From the NCBI GenBank assembly GCA_964016885.1, contig OZ024754.1:18166001-18230000 (forward strand): 64,000 nucleotides of DNA. Direction: 5' to 3'. The notes beneath the pieces are model-generated. The model was not told the DNA's origin, did not search any database, and saw only the letters and a list, made by a program, of their open reading frames with translations. Shown here piece by piece: positions 1-15,000 of the stretch (positions are counted from its first letter, which is position 1; each line of letters begins with the position of its first letter). The DNA is from Eledone cirrhosa. Taxonomy: Eukaryota. The translations under genes were made by a program, and so were the position numbers.

Positions 1-110
1 TGTAGAGTGGTGGTATAGAGATAGTGGTATAGAGTTGGTATTGAGGTGGTATAGAGATGGTATGCAGATGGTAGTATGTAGATGGTATAGAAATGGTATA
101 GAGATGGTAG
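1..110 (+). repeat. Degenerate tandem 11-bp monomers (GGTATAGAGAT-like) at the left edge of the array
   Basis: Reads ggtatagagat-agt-ggtatagagtt-ggtattgaggt-ggtatagagat-ggtatgcagat-...-ggtatagaaat-ggtatagagat before the first regular 25-mer. Confidence 0.75.
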
Positions 111-2679
111 AGAGCTGGTGGTATAGAGATGGTAGAGAGCTGGTAGTATAGAGATGGTAGAGAGCTGTTGGTATAGAGATGGAAGAGAGCTATTGGTAGA
201 GAGATGGTAGAGAGCTGTTGGTATAGAGATGGTAGAGAGCTGTTGGTATAGAGATGGTAGGGAGCTGGTGGTATAGAGATGGTAGAGAGCTGGTAGAGAG
301 CTAGTGGTATAGAGCTGTTGGTATAGAGATGGTAGAAAGCTGGTGGTATAGAGATGGTAGAGAGTTGGTGGTATAGAGATGGTAGAGAGCAGTTGCTATA
401 GAGATAGCAGAAAGCTGGTGGTATAGAGATGGTAGAAAGCTGTTGGTATAGAGATGGTAGAGAGCTAGTGGTATAGAGATGGTAAAGAGCTGTTGGTATA
501 GAGATGGTAGAGAGCTGGTGGTATAGAGATGGTAGAGAGCTAGTGGTATAGAGATGGTAGAGAGCTGGTGGTATAGAGATGGTAGAGAGCTGGTGGTATA
601 GAGATGGTAGAGAGCTGGTGGTATAGAGCTGTTGGTATAGAGATGGTAGAGAGCTGTTGGTATAGAGATGGTAGAAAGCTGTTGGTGTAGAGATAGCAGA
701 GAGCTGGTAGTATAGAGATGGTAGAGAGCTGTTGGTATAGAGATGGTAGAGAGCTGTTGGTATAGAGATGGTAGAGAGCTCTTGGTATAGAGATGGTAGA
801 GAGCTCGTGGTAGGGAGATGGCAGAGACGTGTTGGTATAGAGATGGTAGAGAGCTGTTGGTATAGAGATAGCAGAGAGCTGGTGGTATAGAGATGGTAGA
901 GAGCTGTTGGTATAGAGATGGTAGAGAGCTGTTGGTATAGAGATGTTAGAGAGCTGTTGTTATAGAGATGGTAGAGAGCTATTGGTATAGAGATGGTAGA
1001 GAGCTGTTGGTATGGAGATAGCAGAGAGCTGGTAGTATAGAGATAGCAGAGAGCTGGTAGAGAGCTGGTAGTATAGAGATGGTAGAGAGCTGTTGGTATA
1101 GAGATGGTAGAGAGCTGTTGTATAGAGATGGTAGAAAGCTGTTGGTGTTGAGATAGCAGAGAGCTGGTAGTGTAGAGATAGCAGAGAGCTGGTAGTATAG
1201 AGATGGTAGAGAGCTGTTGGTATAGAGATGGTAGAGAGGTGTTGGCATAGAGATAGCAGAGAGCTGGTAGTATAGAGATGGTAGAGAGCTGGTATAGAGA
1301 TGGTAGAGAGCTGGTGGTATAGAGATGGTAGAGAGCTGGTGGTATAGAGATTGTAGAGAGCTGTGGGTATAGAGATGGTAGAGAGCTAGTGGTATAGAGC
1401 TGTTGGTATAGAGATGGTATAGAGCTGTGGGTATAGAGATGGTAGAGAGCTAGGGGTATAGAGATGGTAGAGAGCTGGTGGTATAGAGATGGTATAGAGC
1501 TGTTGGTATAGAGATAGTAGAGAGCTGGTGGTATAGAGATGGTAGAGAGCTGGTGGTATAGAGATGGTAGAGAGCTGGTGGTATAGAGATGGTAGAGAGC
1601 TAGTGGTATAGAGCTGGCAGAGACCTGTTGGTATAGAGATGGTAGAGAGCTATTGGCATAGATATGGTAGAGAACTGTTGGTATAGAGATAGCAGAGAGC
1701 TGGTAGTATAGAGATGGTAGAGAGTTGCTGGTATAGAGATGTTAGAGAGCTGTTGTTATAGAGATGGTAGGGAGCTGTTGGTATAGAGATAACAGAGAGC
1801 TGGTAGTATAGAGATGGTAGAGAGCTGGTAGTATAGAGATGGTAGAGACCTGTTGGTATAGAGATGGTAGAGAGCTGTTGGTATAGAGATGGTAGAAAGC
1901 TGTTGGTGTAGAGATAGCAGAGAGCTGGTAGTATAGAGATGGTAGAGAGCTGTTGGTACAGAGATGGTAGAGAGCTGTTGGTATAGAGATGGTAGAGAGC
2001 TGTTGGTATAGAGATGGTAGAGAGCTGGTGGTATAGAGATGGTAGAGAGCTGTTGGTATAGAGATGGTAGAGAGCTGTTGGTATAGAGATGGTAGAGAGC
2101 TGTTGGTATAGAGATGTTAGAGAGCTGTTGTTATAGAGATGGTAGAGAGCTATTGGTATAGAGATGGTAGAGAGCTGTTGGTATAGAGATAGCAGAGAGC
2201 TGGTAGTATAGAGATAGCAGAGAGCTGGTAGTATAGAGATGGTAGAGAGCTGTTGGTATAGAGATGGTAGAGAGCTGTTGGTATAGAGATGGTAGAGAGC
2301 TGTTGGTATAGAGATGGTAGAAAGCTGTTGGTGTAGAAATAGCAGAGAGCTGGTAGTATAGAGATGGTAGAGAGCTGTTGGTATAGAGATGGTAGAGAGG
2401 TGTTGGTATAGAGATGGTAGAGAGGTGTTGGTATAGAGATAGCAGAGAGCTGGTAGTATAGAGATGATAGAGAGCTGGTGGTATAGAGATGGTAGAGAGC
2501 TGTTGGTATAGAGCTGTTGGTATAGAGGTGGTAGAGAGCTGTTGGTATAGAGATGGTAGAGAGCTGGTGGTATAGAGATGGCAGAGAGCTGGTGGAATAG
2601 AGATGGTAGAGATATGTTAGAGAGCTGTTGTTATAGAGATGGTAGAGAGCTGTTGGTATAGAGATAGCAGAGAGCTGGT

Positions 2680-5600
2680 AGTATAGAGATGGTAGAGAGC
2701 TGTTGTTGTAGAGATAGCAGAGAGCTGTTGGTATAGAGATAGCAGAGAGCTGGTAGAATAGAGATGGTAGAGAGCTGGTGGTACAGAGATGGTAGAGAGC
2801 TGTTGGTATAGAGATGGTAGAGAGCTGGTGGTATAGAGATAGTAGGGAGCTGTTGGTATAGAGATAACAGAGAGCTGGTAGTATAGAGATGGTAGAGAGC
2901 TGGTAGAGACCTGTTGGTATAGAGATGGTAGAGACCTGTTGGTATAGAGATGGTAGAACGCTGTTAGTCAAGAGATAACAGAGAGCTGGTAGAGAGCTGT
3001 TGGTATAGAGATGGTAGAGAGCTGTTGGTATAGAGATGGTAGAGAGCTGGTGGTATAGAGATGGCAGAGACGTGTTGGTATAGAGATGGTAGAGAGCTGT
3101 TGGTATAGAGATAGCAGACAGCTGGTGGTATAGAGATGGTAGAGAGCTGTTGGTATAGAGATGGTAGAGAGCTGTTGGTATAGAGATGTTAGAGAGCTGT
3201 TGTTATAGAGATGGTAGAGAGCTATTGGTATAGAGGTGGCAGAGAGCTGTTGGTATAGAGATAGCAGAGAGCTGGTAGTATAGAGATAGCAGAGAGCTGG
3301 TAGTATAGAGATGGTAGAGAGCTGTTGGTATAGAGATGGTAGAGAGGTGTTGGTATAGAGATGGTAGAGAGGTGTTGGTATAGAGATAGCAGAGAGCTGG
3401 TAGTATAGAGATGGTAGAGAGATGGTGGTATAGAGATGGTAGAGAGCTGTTGGTATAGAGATGGTAGAGAGCTAGTGGTATAGAGATGGTAAAGAGCTGT
3501 TGGTATAGAGATGGTAGAGAGCTAGTGGTGTAGAGATGGTAGAGAGCTGGTGGTATAGAGATGGTAGAGAGCTGGTGGTATAGGGACGGTAGAGAGCTGG
3601 TGGTATAGAGATGGTAGAGAGCTAGTGGTATAGAGATGGCAGAGACATGTTTGTATAGAACTGGTAGAGAGCTGTTGGTAGAGATAGCAGAGAGCTGGTG
3701 GTATAGAGATGGTAGAGAGCTGGTAGTATAGAGATGTAGAGAGCTGTTGGTAAAGAGATGGTAGAGAGCTGTTGGTGTAGAGATAGCAGAGAGCTGGTAG
3801 TATAGAGATGGTAGAGAGCTGTTGGTATAGAGATGGTAGAGAGCTGTTGGTATAGAGATGGTAGAGAGCTGTTGGTATAGAGATGGTAGAGAGCTGGTGG
3901 TATAGAGATGGTAGAGAGCTAGTGGTATAGAGATGGCAGAGACCTGTTGGTATAGAGATGGTAGAGAGCTGTTTGTATAGAGATAGCAGAGAGCTGGTGG
4001 TAGAGAGCTGGTAGTATCGAGATGGCAGAGAGCTGTTGGTATAGAGATGTTAGAGAGCTGGTGGTATAGAGCTGTGGGTATAGAGATGGTAGAGAGCTAG
4101 TGGTATAGAGATGGTAGAGAGCTGTTGGTATAGAGATGGTAGAGAGCTGGTGGTATAGAGATGGTAGAGAGCTGGTGGTATAGAGCTAGTGGTATAGAGC
4201 AGTTGGTATAGAAATGGTAGAGAGCTGTTTGTATAGAGATAGCAGAGAGCTGGTGGTATAGAGATGGTAGAGAGCTGGTAGTATCGAGATGGTAGAGAGC
4301 TGTTGTTATAGAGATGGTAGAGAGCTATTGGAATAGAGATGGTAGAGAACTGTTGGTATAGAGATAGCAGAGAGCTGGTAGTATAGAGATGGTAGAGAGC
4401 TGGTGGTATAGAGATGTTAGAGAGCTGTTGGTATAGAGATGGTAGAGAGCTGTTGGTATAGAGGTGGTAGAGAGCTAGTGGTATAGAGATGGTAGAGAGC
4501 TGGTGGTATAGAGATTGTAGAGAGCTGTGGGTATAGAGATGGTAGAGAGCCAGTGGTATAGAGATGGTAGAGAGCTGTTGGTATAGAGATGGTAGAGAGC
4601 TGGTGGTATAGAGATGGTAGAGAGCTGCTGGTATAGAGATGGTAGAGAGCTGTAGGTATAGAGATGGTAGAGAGCTAGTGGTATAGAGATGGTAGAGAGC
4701 TGGTAGTATAGAGATGGTAGAGAGCTGGTGGTATAGAGATGGTAGAGAGCTAGTGGTATAGAGATGGTAGAGAGCTGGTGGTATAGAGATAGCAGAGAGC
4801 TGGTGGTATAGAGATGGTAGAGAGCCAGTGGTATAGAGATGGTAGAGAGCTGTTGGTATAGAGATGGTAGAGAGCTGGTGGTATAGAGATGTTAGAGAGC
4901 TGTTGTTATAGAGATGGTAGAGAGCTATTGGCATAGAGATGGTAGAGCTGTTGGTATAGAGATGGTAGAGAGCTGGTGGTATAGAGCTGTGGGTATAGAG
5001 ATGGTAGAGAGCTAGTGGTATAGAGATGGTAGAGAGCTGTAGGTATAGAGATGGTAGAGAGCTGTTGGTATAGAGCTGGTGGTATAGAGATGGTAGAGAG
5101 CTGGTGGTATAGAGATGGTAGAGAGCTAGTGGTATAGAGATGGCAGAGAGCTGTTGGTATAGAAATGGTAGAGAGCTGTTGGTATAGAGATGGTAGAGAG
5201 CTATTGGCATAGAGATGGTAGAGAACTGTTGGTATAGAGATGGTAGAGAGCCAGTGGTATAGAGATGGTAGAGAGCTGTTGGTATAGAGATGGTAGAGAG
5301 CTGTTGGTATAGAGATGGTAGAGAGCTATTGGCATAGAGATGGTAGAGAACTGTTGGTATAGAGATAGCAGAGAGCTGGTAGTATAGAGATGGTAGAGAG
5401 TTGCTGGTATAGAGATGTCAGAGAGCTGTTGTTATAGAGATGGTAGAGAGCTGTTGGTATAGAGATGGTAGGGAGCTGTTGGTATAGAGATAACAGAGAG
5501 CTGTTAGTATAGAGATGGTAGAGAGCTGGTAGTATAGAGATGGTAGAGACCTGTTGGTATAGAGATGGTAGAAAGCTGTTGGTGTAGAGATAGCAGAGAG

Positions 5601-8600
5601 CTGGTAGTATAGAGATGGTAGAGAGCTGGTGGTATAGAGATGGTAGAGAGCTGTTGGTATAGAGATGGTAGAGAGCTGTTGGTATAGAGCTAGTGGTATA
5701 GCAATGGTAGAGAGCTGGTATAGAGATGGTAGAGAGCTGGTGGTATAGAGATTGTAGAGAGCTGTGGGTATAGAGATGGTAGAGAGCTAGTGGTATAGAG
5801 CTGTTGGTATAGAGATGGTAGAGAGCTGGTGGTAGAGAGCTGGTGGTATAGAGATGGTAGAGAGCTGTGGGTATAGAGATGGTAGAGAGCTAGTGGTATA
5901 GAGATGGTAGAGAGCTGTTGTTGTAGAGATAGCAGAGAGCTGTTGGTATAGAGATAGCAGAGAGCTGGTAGAATAGAGATGGTAGAGAGCTGGTGGTACA
6001 GAGATGGTAGAGAGCTGTTGGTATAGAGATGGTAGAGAGCTGGTGGTATAGAGATAGTAGGGAGCTGTTGGTATAGAGATAACAGAGAGCTGGTAGTATA
6101 GAGATGGTAGAGAGCTGGTAGAGACCTGTTGGTATAGAGATGGTAGAGACCTGTTGGTATAGAGATGGTAGAACGCTGTTAGTCAAGAGATAACAGAGAG
6201 CTGGTAGAGAGCTGTTGGTATAGAGATGGTAGAGAGCTGTTGGTATAGAGATGGTAGAGAGCTGGTGGTATAGAGATGGCAGAGACGTGTTGGTATAGAG
6301 ATGGTAGAGAGCTGTTGGTATAGAGATAGCAGACAGCTGGTGGTATAGAGATGGTAGAGAGCTGTTGGTATAGAGATGGTAGAGAGCTGTTGGTATAGAG
6401 ATGTTAGAGAGCTGTTGTTATAGAGATGGTAGAGAGTTATTGGTATAGAGGTGGCAGAGAGCTGTTGGTATAGAGATAGCAGAGAGCTGGTAGTATAGAG
6501 ATAGCAGAGAGCTGGTAGAGAGCTGGTAGTATAGAGATGGTAGAGAGCTGTTGGTATAGAGATGGTAGAGAGCTGTTGGTATAGAGATGGTAGAGAGGTG
6601 TTGGTATAGAGATAGCAGAGAGCTGGTAGTATAGAGATGGTAGAGAGATGGTGGTATAGAGATGGTAGAGAGCTGTTGGTATAGAGATGGTAGAGAGCTA
6701 GTGGTATAGAGATGGTAAAGAGCTGTTGGTATAGAGATGGTAGAGAGCTAGTGGTGTAGAGATGGTAGAGAGCTGGTGGTATAGAGATGGTAGAGAGCTG
6801 GTGGTATAGGGACGGTAGAGAGCTGGTGGTATAGAGATGGTAGAGACATGTTTGTATAGAACTGGTAGAGAGCTGTTGGTAGAGATAGCAGAGAGCTGGT
6901 GGTATAGAGATGGTAGAGAGCTTGTAGTATAGAGATGTAGAGAGCTGTTGGTAAAGAGATGGTAGAGAGCTGTTGGTGTAGAGATAGCAGAGAGCTGGTA
7001 GTATAGAGATGGTAGAGAGCTGTTGGTATAGAGATGGTAGAGAGCTGTTGGTATAGAGATGGTAGAGAGCTGTTGGTATAGAGATGGTAGAGAGCTGGTG
7101 GTATAGAGATGGTAGAGAGCTAGTGGTATAGAGATGGCAGAGACCTGTTGGTATAGAGATGGTAGAGAGCTGTTTGTATAGAGATAGCAGAGAGCTGGTG
7201 GTAGAGAGCTGGTAGTATCGAGATGGCAGAGAGCTGTTGGTATAGAGATGTTAGAGAGCTGGTGGTATAGAGATGGTAGAGAGCTAGTGGTATAGAGATG
7301 GTAGAGAGCTGTTGGTATAGAGATGGTAGAGAGCTGGTGGTATAGAGATGGTAGAGAGCTGGTGGTATAGAGCTAGTGGTATAGAGCAGTTGGTATAGAA
7401 ATGGTAGAGAGCTGTTTGTATAGAGATAGCAGAGAGCTGGTGGTATAGAGATGGTAGAGAGCTGGTAGTATCGAGATGGTAGAGAGCTGTTGTTATAGAG
7501 ATGGTAGAGAGCTATTGGAATAGAGATGGTAGAGAACTGTTGGTATAGAGATAGCAGAGAGCTGGTAGTATAGAGATGGTAGAGAGCTGGTGGTATAGAG
7601 ATGTTAGAGAGCTGTTGGTATAGAGATGGTAGAGAGCTGTTGGTATAGAGGTGGTAGAGAGCTAGTGGTATAGAGATGGTAGAGAGCTGGTGGTATAGAG
7701 ATTGTAGAGAGCTGTGGGTATAGAGATGGTAGAGAGCCAGTGGTATAGAGATGGTAGAGAGCTGTTGGTATAGAGATGGTAGAGAGCTGGTGGTATAATG
7801 ATGGTAGAGAGCTGCTGGTATAGAGATGGTAGAGAGCTGTAGGTATAGAGATGGTAGAGAGCTAGTGGTATAGAGATGGTAGAGAGCTGGTAGTATAGAG
7901 ATGGTAGAGAGCTGGTGGTATAGAGATGGTAGAGAGCTAGTGGTATAGAGATGGTAGAGAGCTGGTGGTATAGAGATAGCAGAGAGCTGGTGGTATAGAG
8001 ATGGTAGAGAGCCAGTGGTATAGAGATGGTAGAGAGCTGTTGGTATAGAGATGGTAGAGAGCTGGTGGTATAGAGATGTTAGAGAGCTGTTGTTATAGAG
8101 ATGGTAGAGAGCTATTGGCATAGAGATGGTAGAGCTGTTGGTATAGAGATGATAGAGAGCTGGTGGTATAGAGCTGTGGGTATAGAGATGGTAGAGAGCT
8201 AGTGGTATAGAGATGGTAGAGAGCTGTAGGTATAGAGATGGTAGAGAGCTGTTGGTATAGAGCTGGTGGTATAGAGCTGGTGGTATAGAGATGGTAGAGA
8301 GCTAGTGGTATAGAGATGGCAGAGACCTGTTGGTATAGAAATGGTAGAGAGCTGTTGGTATAGAGATGGTAGAGAGCTATTGGCATAGAGATGGTAGAGA
8401 ACTGTTGGTATAGAGATGGTAGAGAGCCAGTGGTATAGAGATGGTAGAGAGCTGTTGGTATAGAGATGGTAGAGAGCTGTTGGTATAGAGATTGTAGAGA
8501 GCTATTGGCATAGAGATGGTAGAGAACTGTTGGTATAGAGATAGCAGAGAGCTGGTAGTATAGAGATGGTAGAGAGTTGCTGGTATAGAGATGTCAGAGA

Positions 8601-9000
8601 GCTGTTGTTATAGAGATGGTAGAGAGCTGTTGGTATAGAGATGGTAGGGAGCTGTTGGTATAGAGATAACAGAGAGCTGTTAGTATAGAGATGGTAGAGA
8701 GCTGGTAGTATAGAGATGGTAGAGACCTGTTGGTATAGAGATGGTAGAAAGCTGTTGGTGTAGAGATAGCAGAGAGCTGGTAGTATAGAGATGGTAGAGA
8801 GCTGGTGGTATAGAGATGGTAGAGAGCTGTTGGTATAGAGATGGTAGAGAGCTGTTGGTATAGAGCTAGTGGTATAGCAATGGTAGAGAGCTGGTATAGA
8901 GATGGTAGAGAGCTGGTGGTATAGAGATTGTAGAGAGCTGTGGGTATAGAGATGGTAGAGAGCTAGTGGTATAGAGCTGTTGGTATAGAGATGGTAGAGA
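2680..9000 (+). repeat. About 3.2-kb higher-order tandem duplication within the satellite (2 copies)
   Basis: Rare variant GAACGCTGTTAGTCAAG at 2956 and 6171 (offset 3215). TGTTGTTGTAG at 2701 and 5916. GCAATGG at 5701 and 8877 (offset 3176, i.e. 25+14 less). Confidence 0.85.
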
Positions 9001-12000
9001 GCTGGTGGTATAGAGATGGTAGAGAGCTGGTAGAGAGCTAGTGGTATAGAGATGGTAGAGAGCTAGTGGTATAGAGATGGTAGAGAGCTGGTGGTATAGA
9101 GATGGTAGAGAGCTGGTGGTATAGAGATGATAGAGAGCTAGTGGTATAGAGCTGTTGGTATAGAGATGGTAGAGAGCTGGTAGTATCGAGATGGCAGAGA
9201 GCTGTTGGTATAGAGATGGTAGAGAGCTAGTGGTATAGAGATGGTAGAGAGCTGGTGGTATCGAGATGGTAGAGAGCTGGTGGTATAGAGATGGTAGAGA
9301 GCTGTTGGTATAGAGATGGTAGAGAGCTGGTGGTATAGAGATGGTTGAGAGCTGTTGGTATAGAGATGGTAGAGAGCTGGTGGTATAGAGATGGCAGAGA
9401 TGTGTTGGTATAGAGATGGCAGAGAGCTGTTGGTATAGAGATAGCAGAGAGCTGGTGGTATAGAGATGGTAGAGAGCTGTTGGTATAGAGATGGTAGAGA
9501 GCTGTTATAGAAATGTTAGAGAGCTGTTGTTATAGAGATGGTAGAGAGCTGGTAGTATAGAGATGGTAGAGAGCTGTTGGTATAGAGATGGTAGAGAGCT
9601 GTTGGTATAGAGATGGTAGAAAGCTGTTGGTGTAGAGATAGCAGAGAGCTGGTAGTATAGAGATGGTAGAGAGCTGTTGGTATAGAGATGGTAGAGAGGT
9701 GTTGGTATAGAGATAGCAGAGAGCTGGTAGTATAGAGATGGTAGAGAGCTGGTATAGAGATGGTAGAGAGCTGGTGGTTTAGAGATTGTAGAGAGCTGTG
9801 GCTATAGAGATGGTAGAGAGCTAGTGGTATAAAAATGGTAGAGAGCTGTGAGTATAGAGATGGTAGAGAGCTAGTGGTATAGAGATGGTAGAGAGCTGGT
9901 GGTATAGAGATGTTAGAGAGCTGTTGTTATAGAGATGGTAGAGAGCTATTGGCATAGAGATGGTAGAGCTGTTGGTATAGAGATGGTAGAGAGCTGGTGG
10001 TATAGAGCTGTGGGTATAGAGATGGTAGAGAGCTAGTGGTATAGAGATGGTAGAGAGCTGTAGGTATAGAGATGGTAGAGAGCTGTTGGTATAGAGCTGG
10101 TGGTATAGAGATGGTAGAGAGCTGGTGGTATAGAGATGGTAGAGAGCTAGTGCTATAGAGATGGCAGAGACCTGTTGGTATAGAAATGGTAGAGAGCGGT
10201 TTGTATAGAGATAGCAGAGAGCTGGTGGTATAGAGATGGTAGAGAGCTGTTATTATAGAGATGGTAGAGAGCTATTGGCATAGAGATGGTAGAGAACTGT
10301 TGGTATAGAGATAGCAGAGAGCTGGTAGTATAGAGATGGTAGAGAGCTGGTGGTATAGAGATGTTAGAGAGCTGTTGGTATAGAGGTGGTAGAGAGCTAG
10401 TGGTATAGAGATTGTAGAGAGCTATGGGTATAGAGATGGTAGAGAGCCAGTGGTATAGAGATGGTAGAGAGCTTTTGGTATAGAGATGGTAGAGAGCTGT
10501 TGGTATAGAGATGGTAGAGAGCTATTGGCATAGAGATGGTAGAGAACTGTTGGTATAGAGAAAGCAGAGAGCTGGTAGTATACTGATGGTAGAGAGTTGC
10601 TGGTATAGAGATGTCAGAGAGCTGTTGTTATAGAGATGGTAGAGAGCTGTTGGTATAGAGATGGTAGGGAGCTGTTGGTATAGAGATAACAGAGATCTGT
10701 TAGTATAGAGATGGTAGAGAGCTGGTAGTATAGAGATGGTAGAGACCTGTTGGTATAGAGATGGTAGAAAGCTGTTGGTGTAGAGATAGCAGAGAGCTGG
10801 TAGTATAGAGATGGTAGAGAGCTGTTGGTATAGAGATGGCAGAGCTGTTGGTATAGAGATAGCAGAGAGCTGGTAGTATAGAGATGGTGGTATAGAGATG
10901 GTAGAGAGCTGTTGGTATAGAGATGGTAGAGAGCTGTTGGTATAGAGCTAGTGGTATAGCGATGGTAGAGAGCTGGTATAGAGATGGTGGTATAGAGATG
11001 GTAGAGAGCTGGTGGTATAGAGATGGTAGAGAGCTGGTGGTATAGAGATGATAGAGAGCTAGTGGTATAGAGCTGTTGGTATAGAGATGGCAGAGACCTG
11101 TTGGTATAGAGATGGTAGAGAGCTGGTAGTATCGAGATGGCAGAGAGCTGTTGGTATAGAGATGGTAGAGAGCTAGTGGTATAGAGATGGTAGAGAGCTG
11201 GTGGTATCGAGATGGTAGAGAGCTGGTGGTATAGGGATGGTAGAGAGCTGTTGGTATAGAGATGGTAGAGAGCTGTTGGTATAGAGATGGTAGAGAGCTG
11301 GTGGTATAGAGATGGTTGAGAGCTGTTGGTATAGAGATGGTAGAGAGCTGGTGGTATAGAGATGGCAGAGATGTGTTGGTATAGAGATGGTAGAGAGCTG
11401 TTGGTATAGAGATGGTAGAGAGCTGTTATAGAAATGTTAGAGAGCTGTTGTTATAGAGATGGTAGTATAGAGATGGTAGAGAGCTGTTGGTATAGAGATG
11501 GTAGAGAGCTGTTTGTATAGAGATGGTAGAAAGCTGTTTTTGTAGAGATAGCAGAGAGCTGGTAGTATAGAGATGGTAGAGAGCTGTTGGTATAGAGATG
11601 GTAGAGAGGTGTTGGTATAGAGATAGCAGAGAGCTGGTAGTATAGAGATGGTAGAGAGCTGGTATAGAGATGGTAGAGAGGTGTTGGTATAGAGATAGCA
11701 GAGAGCTGGTAGTATAGAGATGGTAGAGAGCTGTTGGTATAGAGATGGTAGAGAGCTGTTGGTATAGAGGTGGTAGAGAGCTGTTGGTATAGAGATGGTA
11801 GAGAGCTGGTGGTATAGAGATGGCAGAGACGTGTTGGTATAGAAATGGTAGAGAGCGGTTTGTATAGAGATAGCAGAGAGCTGGTGGTATAGAGATGGTA
11901 GAGAGCTGTTATTATAGAGATGGTAGAGAGCTATTGGCATAGAGATGGTAGAGAACTGTTGGTATAGAGATAGCAGAGAGCTGGTAGTATAGAGATGGTA

Positions 12001-15000
12001 GAGAGCTGGTAGTATAGAGATGGTAGAGAGCTGTTGTTGTAGAGATAGCAGAGAGCTGTTGGTATAGAGATAGCAGAGAGCTGGTAGAATAGAGATGGTA
12101 GAGAGCTGGTGGTACAGAGATGGTAGAGAGCTGTTGGTATAGAGATGGTAGAGAGCTGGTGGTATAGAGATAGTAGGGAGTTGTTGGTATAGAGATAACA
12201 GAGAGCTGGTAGTATAGAGATGGTAGAGAGCTGGTAGAGATCTGTTGGTATAGAGATGGTAGAGCCCTGTTGGTATAGAGATGGTTGAACGCTGTTAGTC
12301 AAGAGATAACAGAGAGCTGGTAGTATAGAGATGGTAGAGAGCTGTTGGTATAGAGATGGTAGAGAGCTGTTGGTATAGAGATGGTATAGCGATGGTAGAG
12401 AGCTGGTGGTATAGAGATGGCAGAGACGTGTTGGTATAGAGATGGTAGAGAGCTGTTGGTATAGAGATAGCAGAGAGCTGGTGGTATAGAGATGGTAGAG
12501 AGCTGTTGGTATAGAGATGTTAGAGTGCTGTTGTTATAGAGATGGTAGAGAGCCATTGGTATAGAGGTGGTAGAGAGCTGTTGGTATAGAGATAGCAGAG
12601 AGCTGGTAGTATAGAGATGGTAGAGAGCTGTTGGTATAGAGATGGTAGAGAGCTGTTGGTATAGAGATGGTAGAGAGCTGTTGGTATAGAGATGGTAGAA
12701 AGCTGTTGGTGTAGAAATAGCAGAGAGCTGGTAGTATAGAGATGGTAGAGAGCTGTTGGTATAGAGATGGTATAGAGGTGTTGGTATAGAGATAGTAGAG
12801 AGCTGGTAGTATAGAGATGGTAGAGAGATGGTGGTATAGAGATGGTAGAGAGCTTTTGGTATAGAGATGGTAGAGAGCTAGTGGTATAGAGATGGTAAAG
12901 AGCTGTTGTTATAGAGATGGTAGAGAGCTAGTGGTATAGAGATGGTAGAGAGCTGGTGGTATAGAGATGGTAGAGAGCTGGTGGTATAGGGATGGTAGAG
13001 AGCTGGTGGTATAGAGATGGTAGAGAGCTAGTGGTATAGAGATGGCAGAGACATGTTTGTATAGAACTGGTAGAGAGCTGTTGGTATAGAGATAGCAGAG
13101 AGCTGGTCGTATAGAGATGGTAGAGAGCTGGTAGTATAGAGATGTAGAGAGCTGTTGGTATAGAGATGGTAGAGAGCTGTTGGTATAGAGATGGTAGAGA
13201 GCTGTTGGTATAGAGATGGTAGAGAGCTGGTGGTATAGAGATGGCAGAGACCTGTTGGTATAGAGATGGTAGAGAGCTGTTTGTATAGAGATAGCAGAGA
13301 GCTGGTGGTAGAGAGCTGGTAGTATCGAGATGGCAGAGAGCTGTTGGTATAGAGATGTTAGAGAGATGGTGGTATAGAGCTGTGGGTATAGAGATGGTAG
13401 AGAGCTAGTGGTATAGAGATGGTAGAGAGCTGTTGGTATAGAGATGGTAGAGAGCTGGTGGTACAGAGATGGTAGAGAGCTGGTGGTATAGAGCTAGTGG
13501 TATAGAGCTGTTGGTATAGAGATGGCAGAGACCTGTTGGTATAGAAATGGTAGAGAGCTGTTTGTATAGAGATAGCAGAGAGCTGGTGGTATAGAGATGG
13601 TAGAGAGCTGGTAGCATCGAGATGGTAGAGAGCTGTTGTTATAGAGATGGTAGAGAACTGTTGGTATAGAGATAGCAGAGAGCTGGTAGTATAGAGATGG
13701 TAGAGAGCTGGTGGTATAGAGATGTTAGAGAGCTGTTGGTATAGAGATGGTAGAGAGCTGTTGGTATAGAGGTGGTAGAGAGCTAGTGGTATAGAGATGG
13801 TAGAGAGCTGGTGGTATAGAGATTGTAGAGAGCTGTGGGTATAGAGATGGTAGAGAGCCAGTGGTATAGAGATGGTAGAGAGCTGTTTGTATAGAGATGG
13901 TAGAGAGCTGGTGGTATAGAGATGGTAAAGAGCTGTGGGTATAGAGATGGTAGAGAGCTAGTGGTATAGAGATGGTAGAGAGCTGGTAGTATAGAGATGG
14001 TAGAGAGCTGGTGGTATAGAGATGGTAGAGAGCTAGTGGTATAGAGATGGTAGAGAGCTGGTGGTATAGAGATAGCAGAGAGCTGGTGGTATAGAGATGG
14101 TAGAGAGCTGGTAGTATCGAGATGGCAGAGAGCTGTTGGTATAGAGATGTTAGAGAGCTGTTGTTATACAGATGGTAGAGAGCTATTGGCATAGAGATGG
14201 TAGAGCTGTTGGTATAGAGATGGTATAGAGCTGTGGGTATAGAGATGGTAGAGAGCTAGTGGTATAGAGATGGTAGAGAGCCGTTGGTATAGAGATGGTA
14301 GAGAGCTGGTGGTATAGAGATGGTAGAGAGCTGGTGGTATAGAGATGGTAGAGAGCTGGTGGTATAGAGATGGTAGAGAGCTGGTGGTATAGAGATGGTA
14401 GAGAGCTAGTGGTATAGAGATAATAGAGAGCTGGTGGTATAGAGATGGTAGTATAGAGATGGTAGAGAGCTGGTAGTATAGAGATGGTAGAGAGCTGTTG
14501 TTGTAGAGATAGCAGAGAGCTGTTGGTATAGAGATGGTAGAGAGCTGGTGGTACAGAAATGGTAGAGAGCTGTTGGTATAGAGATGGTAGAGAGCTGGTG
14601 GTATAGAGATAGTAGGGAGCTGTTGGTATAGAGATAACAGAGAGCTGGTAGTATAGAGATGGTAGAGAGCTGGTAGAGACCTGTTGGTATAGAGATGGTA
14701 GAGCCCTGTTGGTATAGAGATGGTAGAACGCTGTTAGTCAAGAGATAACAGAGAGCTGGTAGTATAGAGATGGTAGAGAGCTGTTGGTAAAGAGATGGTA
14801 GAGAGCTGTTGGTATAGAGATGGTAGAGAGCTGGTGGAATAGAGATGGTAGAGAGCTGTTGGTATAGAGATGGTATAGAGATGGCAGAGACGTGTTGGTA
14901 TAGAGATGGTAGAGAGCTGTTGGTATAGAGATGGTAGAGAGCTGTTGGTATAGAGATGTTAGAGAGCTGTTGTTATAGAGATGGTAGAGAGCTATTGGTA

